Of a stretch of 64,000 nucleotides of DNA, positions 59,818 through 64,000 are shown piece after piece. The notes beneath the pieces were generated by a model. That model was not told where the DNA came from and did no database searches. It saw only the letters and a list, made by a program, of their open reading frames with translations. The stretch is from an uncultured bacterium. GTDB lineage: Bacteria; Krumholzibacteriota; Krumholzibacteriia; Krumholzibacteriales; Krumholzibacteriaceae. The DNA is taken from contig CAWBAN010000001.1 of NCBI GenBank assembly GCA_963786935.1, positions 128,001-192,000 of the forward strand, read 5' to 3'. Positions within the stretch are counted from its first letter, which is position 1, and every line of letters begins with the position of its first letter. The position numbers and the translations under genes were made by a program.

Positions 59818-60672
59818 ATGAGCACCTGCAAGGCGGCGCGCGCCGTTTCGTGCGTTCTTCTCATGTCCGTGGCTCTGGTCGCCTCGAGCTTATGGGGGCC
59901 GGCGGGCGCCGGGGTGGGGTCTTTTCCGGCGTCGAACCCGACGGTGAGCTTCGTCTCGCCCGCGCACTGCGTTGAGCCGGAAGCTCTCTGCACGCTGCAG
60001 GTTGTGGTCGACGATGCGGTCGACTCCCTGAGCTGCATGGACCTCTCCATTGTATACAATCCGACGCTTGTTGAGTGCACGAGCGTGCTTGAGGGGAGAC
60101 TTTTCAAGCAAGCGGGATATCCGACCTTCTTCACGTGGGAGAAGGTGCCGCCGGATTCCGTGAACGCCGTCGATTGCCTTCTCGGTTACCAGAGCTTTTT
60201 CCGGCCGCCCGGCGAGATCGTGAGGTTCGTTTTCAAGGCGAAAGCGCCCGGGACCTGCCGCGTCTCTTTCGCGGCGATACGTCTGTGGGATATCGACCGG
60301 ATCGAGCTTTCGCCCGTCGCCGGGGCGCCTGTGGATATCGTCGTTTGTTCGTCGACCGGGAATGATGCCCCGATTCCTCCAGTCGGCGCGCTCCGCAATT
60401 ATCCCAATCCATTCAATCCATCGACCGTGCTTACGCTCTGCCTGCCCGGCGCGGATGGCCGGCCTGTGGAGTGCGCGGTCCTGCTCGATATTTTCTCCGT
60501 TTCGGGCGAAAAGGTGCGTACTCTCTTTGCGGGAACCTTGGTATCCGGCGCAAACGAGTTCGTCTGGGACGGAAGGGACGATCGGGGCGCCGTCGTCGCC
60601 GCCGGCGTGTATATCGGCGTCGCGCGGACCGAACTTGGCGTATTCAAGCACAAGATGATCGCAATTCGCTGA
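59818..60672 (+). CDS. Secreted single cohesin-like domain protein with FlgD/T9SS-type CTD
   Basis: GGAGG SD; paralogue of 49290-50561 (LCTLQVVVDDAVDSLSCMD, RLWDIDRIELSPV); NYPNPFNP tail. Confidence 0.78.
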   Translation: MSTCKAARAVSCVLLMSVALVASSLWGPAGAGVGSFPASNPTVSFVSPAHCVEPEALCTLQVVVDDAVDSLSCMDLSIVYNPTLVECTSVLEGRLFKQAGYPTFFTWEKVPPDSVNAVDCLLGYQSFFRPPGEIVRFVFKAKAPGTCRVSFAAIRLWDIDRIELSPVAGAPVDIVVCSSTGNDAPIPPVGALRNYPNPFNPSTVLTLCLPGADGRPVECAVLLDIFSVSGEKVRTLFAGTLVSGANEFVWDGRDDRGAVVAAGVYIGVARTELGVFKHKMIAIR

Positions 60673-60685
60673 AGAAGAGAACGGC

Positions 60686-60847
60686 ATGCATGAGAAGCTG
60701 ACGGGTTTCTGCATCATGATGATCCTGATATCATTTGACCTTGAAGGCTGCGCATGCGATTCAATCTCCATGAACGGCTCGATCCTCGGTGACACGGTCG
60801 ATGGCCCCGGAACGCTCTTTCGGATATCCGTCAAAACGCCGTTGTGA
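60686..60847 (+). pseudogene. Possible cohesin-gene remnant (53 codons)
   Basis: Translates to MHEKLTGFCIMMILISFDLEGCACDSISMNGSILGDTVDGPGTLFRISVKTPL; the last half resembles the cohesin strands of neighbouring genes. Confidence 0.4.
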
Positions 60848-61002
60848 TCATCGGGCCGCCCATCGCAACTGCGCGAAGTTCGTGGAGTAGGGTAAACACC
60901 CTGTATCAATGAGGTTGGCCATCGAGGGCCGAAATTGGTTAACCAATATGAATATAATCAGATGAGTAAATGTGAAAAAATGTTAGCAGCCCCACTTTGC
61001 TA

Positions 61003-61031
61003 TTGAAAATAACTCCGAACAGGAGTAAAAT
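61003..61031 (+). promoter_or_regulatory. Putative sigma70 promoter in an AT-rich intergenic region
   Basis: TTGAAA-17 bp-TAAAAT, with an ACTCC/GGAGT inverted repeat in the spacer. Confidence 0.6.
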
Positions 61032-61222
61032 AAGAATCCTCAATAATAGGAGCAATTACCTATTGTTTTAAGCGTAATCGACGAATGCCAAGGTGCACGG
61101 CTTTAAAGGGGCCGAGAGTCCCAGAGAGAAGGAGGTCGCCAGCGAAGGCAAAAGTTACAGGAATCAGGTCCGCGGTGCTGAATGCAATCCAAGAAGTGCG
61201 ATCGAAGATCTGGAGGGGAAAC

Positions 61223-61927
61223 ATGAGAATTCTGAGAACAACGTTCATTGCGGCTATGATCCTGCTCGTCTCGGCCAACATCTGGGCCGATTGCCCGATT
61301 CACCCGAATCCCGGAATCTACCGGACGGCGAACGGTTCGATCCTCCCCGGACGCGTGTCCGAGGCATGGTGCACGATCGCCAGTCCGGGCGTTCCGGGCA
61401 ATACCGAGGACGCGCAGTCGTGGAACGGCGCCGCTCTCGGTGCGCAGTGGCGCGTGTGGGGACAGTCGATCGGTCCGCTCGGCGCGCAGGAAACGGCGCG
61501 CGACGTCGACGTCTACGGCAACGGCTGGATCGACTACGTGACGAACTATATCGGTGGGCAGTTCTGGCTGTCCAAGTTCCACACGTGGAGCGACGGCGTC
61601 AACGACCTGACGGGAACGATCACGTACTTCAACGTCGGCGTGCGCGTCACGCTCATGGGCGGGCAGATCGTCGGCGCGACCTCGAACGTCCTGCTGCAGG
61701 GCTACTTCGACGATTGCCCCGTCTGCACGCTCGAGTACGTCATCACGAACGCGATGCTCGCCTGGATGCCCGGTTGGCCCGATATGCCGGCGAACTATCC
61801 GGCGTTTCAGTGCAGCGCGAACATGGGCGAGCTCTTCGACGTCTGCTGCATCCGCGCCAGCATCTACTGCCCGGTGGGGACCGAGGAATCGACCTGGGGA
61901 GCGATCAAGAGCCTTTATAACGAGTAG
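61223..61927 (+). CDS. Secreted Cys/Trp-rich hypothetical protein with C-terminal TWGAIKSLY motif
   Basis: GGAGG SD; signal peptide MRILRTTFIAAMILLVSANIWA; ends PVGTEESTWGAIKSLYNE. Confidence 0.85.
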   Translation: MRILRTTFIAAMILLVSANIWADCPIHPNPGIYRTANGSILPGRVSEAWCTIASPGVPGNTEDAQSWNGAALGAQWRVWGQSIGPLGAQETARDVDVYGNGWIDYVTNYIGGQFWLSKFHTWSDGVNDLTGTITYFNVGVRVTLMGGQIVGATSNVLLQGYFDDCPVCTLEYVITNAMLAWMPGWPDMPANYPAFQCSANMGELFDVCCIRASIYCPVGTEESTWGAIKSLYNE

Positions 61928-61961
61928 GTTTCCCGGAAGGCGGACGCCACGGGAAGCATCG

Positions 61962-61996
61962 AGGGGCCGGCGGAATCCGCCGGCCCCTTTTCTTTT
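61962..61996 (+). terminator. Intrinsic terminator
   Basis: AGGGGCCGGCGG..CCGCCGGCCCCT hairpin followed by a T-rich tract. Confidence 0.85.
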
Positions 61997-62061
61997 CCCG
62001 CGCCGGCGGATCGCCGCGCGCGATGTCGTTCCATGCCCCGGGGGGCCCCGCCACAACGAGG

Positions 62062-62090
62062 TTGCTTTCGAAGGGCCTGTTTGCTAACTT
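62062..62090 (+). promoter_or_regulatory. Putative sigma70 promoter (extended -10)
   Basis: TTGCTT-17 bp-TAACTT with TG at the extended -10 position. Confidence 0.45.
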
Positions 62091-62148
62091 AAAATGTCTT
62101 TTCCCGTTGCCCTTTCTCCTCTCTTTTTCAAGGAGGATTTTCGTACGT

Positions 62149-64000
62149 ATGTGCACGAAGCGCCTGTACCGGGTCATGACCGCGGCGGCTGTGCTCGCGG
62201 CTCTTATCGCGGCCGCGGTTCCGTCCTTCGCGGGTGAGAACGAGGACCTGAACTTCGCGAAGAAGCTGCGCCGCGACGGAATGTACGTGGCGGCCGCCGA
62301 GGAGTTCATCCGTTTCACGGAGAAGTACCCCCAGAGCGTGTTCCGGCCCGAAGCGCTCTTCACCGCGGGGGAATCCTATCTGCAGGCGGTCAAGGCGAAC
62401 GACGCGCTCGCCACCTATGAGAAATTCATCGAGACCTATCCGAAGGACGAGCGGGCGTGCCTCGCCCGGCTCCAGCGCGGCAGGATCTTCAAGGCGCTCA
62501 AACGGTACAAGGAAGGCGCCGACGAGCTGCTCCTGATCCCCGACGAGAGCCCGGCCTGTCCGGTCGTCGATCAGGCGCTCCTCGACGCGGCCGATTGCCT
62601 CCTGTCGATGGGGGACGCCGAAGGCGCCGCGCGCGTGCTGCGCCGGCTCATCAACGACCGGAAGGATTCGTCGCTCGCTCCCCGCGCGCGCTACATGCTC
62701 GCGCTCGCGCTCATCAACACGGGGCGCGACATGGAGGCGGATCAGGTCTTCGCCGACATCGCGAAGCTCTATCCCTCGTCGCCGGTCCGGGCGCTCGCCC
62801 TCGTGAAACTCGGGGAGCGCGCGCTCGCGAAGGGCGATTACGCGAAGGCGGAGAGCTACTATCGCACGGTCGAGAAGGACTTCAAGGAAGATCCGCTGTC
62901 CGAGCAGGCCGTGCTCGGCCTCATCTCCCTTCACGCGAAACGGGGGGACGCCGAGGGCGTCCTGCGCGAGTCCGAGCGGTTCCTCGAGAAATATCCCGCG
63001 TCCGACAAGCGGACGCTCGTCATGCGGAGCGCGATCGACGCCGCGCTGAAATTGAAGCGGGCGGACAAGGCGCTCGCGCTCGCGAATTCGCTCAAGTCGG
63101 GCGCGGCCCCGAGCGACAGCACCGGGGAGATCTCGCTCCTCACGGCCCGTGCGCTCATGGGGGCGCGGAAGACGAGCGAGGCGATCGTCGAGCTCGAGGC
63201 GATGCGCCGCGCGCACCCGACGTCGCCGTACCTCAAGGAAGCGATCGTGCTCGAGGCCGAGCTGCGCGATCAGGCGGGCTCGCCGCTCGAGGCGGCGCGC
63301 CTCTACAACGTCGCGCTCATGGGGAATCCCGACCGCGAGGAGCGTCTCAGGCTCAACGCGCGCCTCGCCGAGCTCTCCGCCGCGCGCCTCGCCGATACGC
63401 TGTCGGCGATACGCTACTGGCAGCTCGTCGCCGACGAGGACGCCGACGGGAGCGCCGCGGAGGAGGCCATCTTCCGCGAGAGCGATCTCAAGGAAAAGAT
63501 CGGGGACGCCGGCGGCGCGTCACGCGGATTCGAGGAGATCGTTTCGCGGTTTCCCGAGGGAGCGTACGCCGCGCAGGCGCGCGACCGGCTCGTCGGCCTG
63601 TCCGTGAGACCGCTGTGGAACGTGAATACGGGGAGGCGCCTCGCGCGGATCGCCGCCTGGGAGGCGGGCCCGGCGCAGCGCGCGCTCGAGACGGGCGTGC
63701 TCCTCGTGGACGGGGCGCGGGACGCGGAGGCCGCCGTGACGGCGCTCGACGCGGCGCTCGCGAAGGAGCTGCCCGATTCGCTCCGCGCGAAGGGGAGCTT
63801 CTATCTCGGGAAGGCGCGGCTCATGCGGGCCGACGCGGCGAAGGCGCGCGGGGCGGAGTCGGCCGCCGAGCGCGCGCGCGGGCTCGAAACGTTGAAAAAC
63901 ACGTCCGAGCGGTACGCGACCACCGTCTGGGGGGATCGCGCGTCGCGGGAATATATCGAACGGCAGGAGGGCGAGTGGAGCCTCCCGGAGCGGCTCGGCA
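62149..64000 (+). CDS. Secreted/periplasmic long TPR protein; runs off the window
   Basis: AAGGAGG SD; MCTKRLYRVMTAAAVLAALIAAAVPSFA signal; repeats such as F.EKYPQS..RPEALF, YEKFIETYPKD. No stop seen before 64000, which would explain its absence from the ORF track. Confidence 0.8.
   Translation, partial: MCTKRLYRVMTAAAVLAALIAAAVPSFAGENEDLNFAKKLRRDGMYVAAAEEFIRFTEKYPQSVFRPEALFTAGESYLQAVKANDALATYEKFIETYPKDERACLARLQRGRIFKALKRYKEGADELLLIPDESPACPVVDQALLDAADCLLSMGDAEGAARVLRRLINDRKDSSLAPRARYMLALALINTGRDMEADQVFADIAKLYPSSPVRALALVKLGERALAKGDYAKAESYYRTVEKDFKEDPLSEQAVLGLISLHAKRGDAEGVLRESERFLEKYPASDKRTLVMRSAIDAALKLKRADKALALANSLKSGAAPSDSTGEISLLTARALMGARKTSEAIVELEAMRRAHPTSPYLKEAIVLEAELRDQAGSPLEAARLYNVALMGNPDREERLRLNARLAELSAARLADTLSAIRYWQLVADEDADGSAAEEAIFRESDLKEKIGDAGGASRGFEEIVSRFPEGAYAAQARDRLVGLSVRPLWNVNTGRRLARIAAWEAGPAQRALETGVLLVDGARDAEAAVTALDAALAKELPDSLRAKGSFYLGKARLMRADAAKARGAESAAERARGLETLKNTSERYATTVWGDRASREYIERQEGEWSLPERLG

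Noticed and set aside
1..64000. CRISPR array, tRNA/rRNA genes, IS elements or prophage
   Set aside because: No regularly spaced repeats, cloverleaf-compatible segments, or transposase/integrase/phage motifs were seen.

Overview
GC-rich bacterial window, most consistent with an FCB-group candidate lineage (Krumholzibacteria/Latescibacteria/Eisenbacteria-like). This is inferred from SprA, FlgD/T9SS-type C-terminal domains and WGxIK-tailed secreted proteins, not from a marker-gene tree. Region 1-43.5 kb is mostly core genome: an hpf-hprK-mannose-type PTS (IIA/B/C/D)-HPr-ptsI-PGI/PMI-nucleotidyltransferase-metK-ahcY run; a minus-strand lptF-lptG unit with three tandem GWxTD-like paralogues; sprA plus an M28 glutaminyl-cyclase-like lipoprotein; the rimP-nusA-infB-rbfA-truB-ribF-rpsO-pnp superoperon; a TPR/DUF4388 pair with a sigma54-type promoter; and asnS. 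Region 43.5-62 kb is an accessory block of secreted proteins. It holds two parallel modules, each a giant multidomain protein ending in FN3-dockerin-like-cohesin-like-T9SS CTD, then an almost identical GC stem-loop, then a small cohesin-only T9SS protein. This is a candidate T9SS-exported cohesin/dockerin (cellulosome-like) assembly. The block is bracketed by two monocistronic secreted proteins sharing a C-terminal (S/T)WGAIKSL motif. Six single-base frameshifts (ptsI, metK, ahcY x2, GWxTD-3, sprA) look like long-read errors. No rRNA, tRNA, CRISPR array or mobile-element enzyme was seen. All domain calls are by eye from motifs; no database searches were run.
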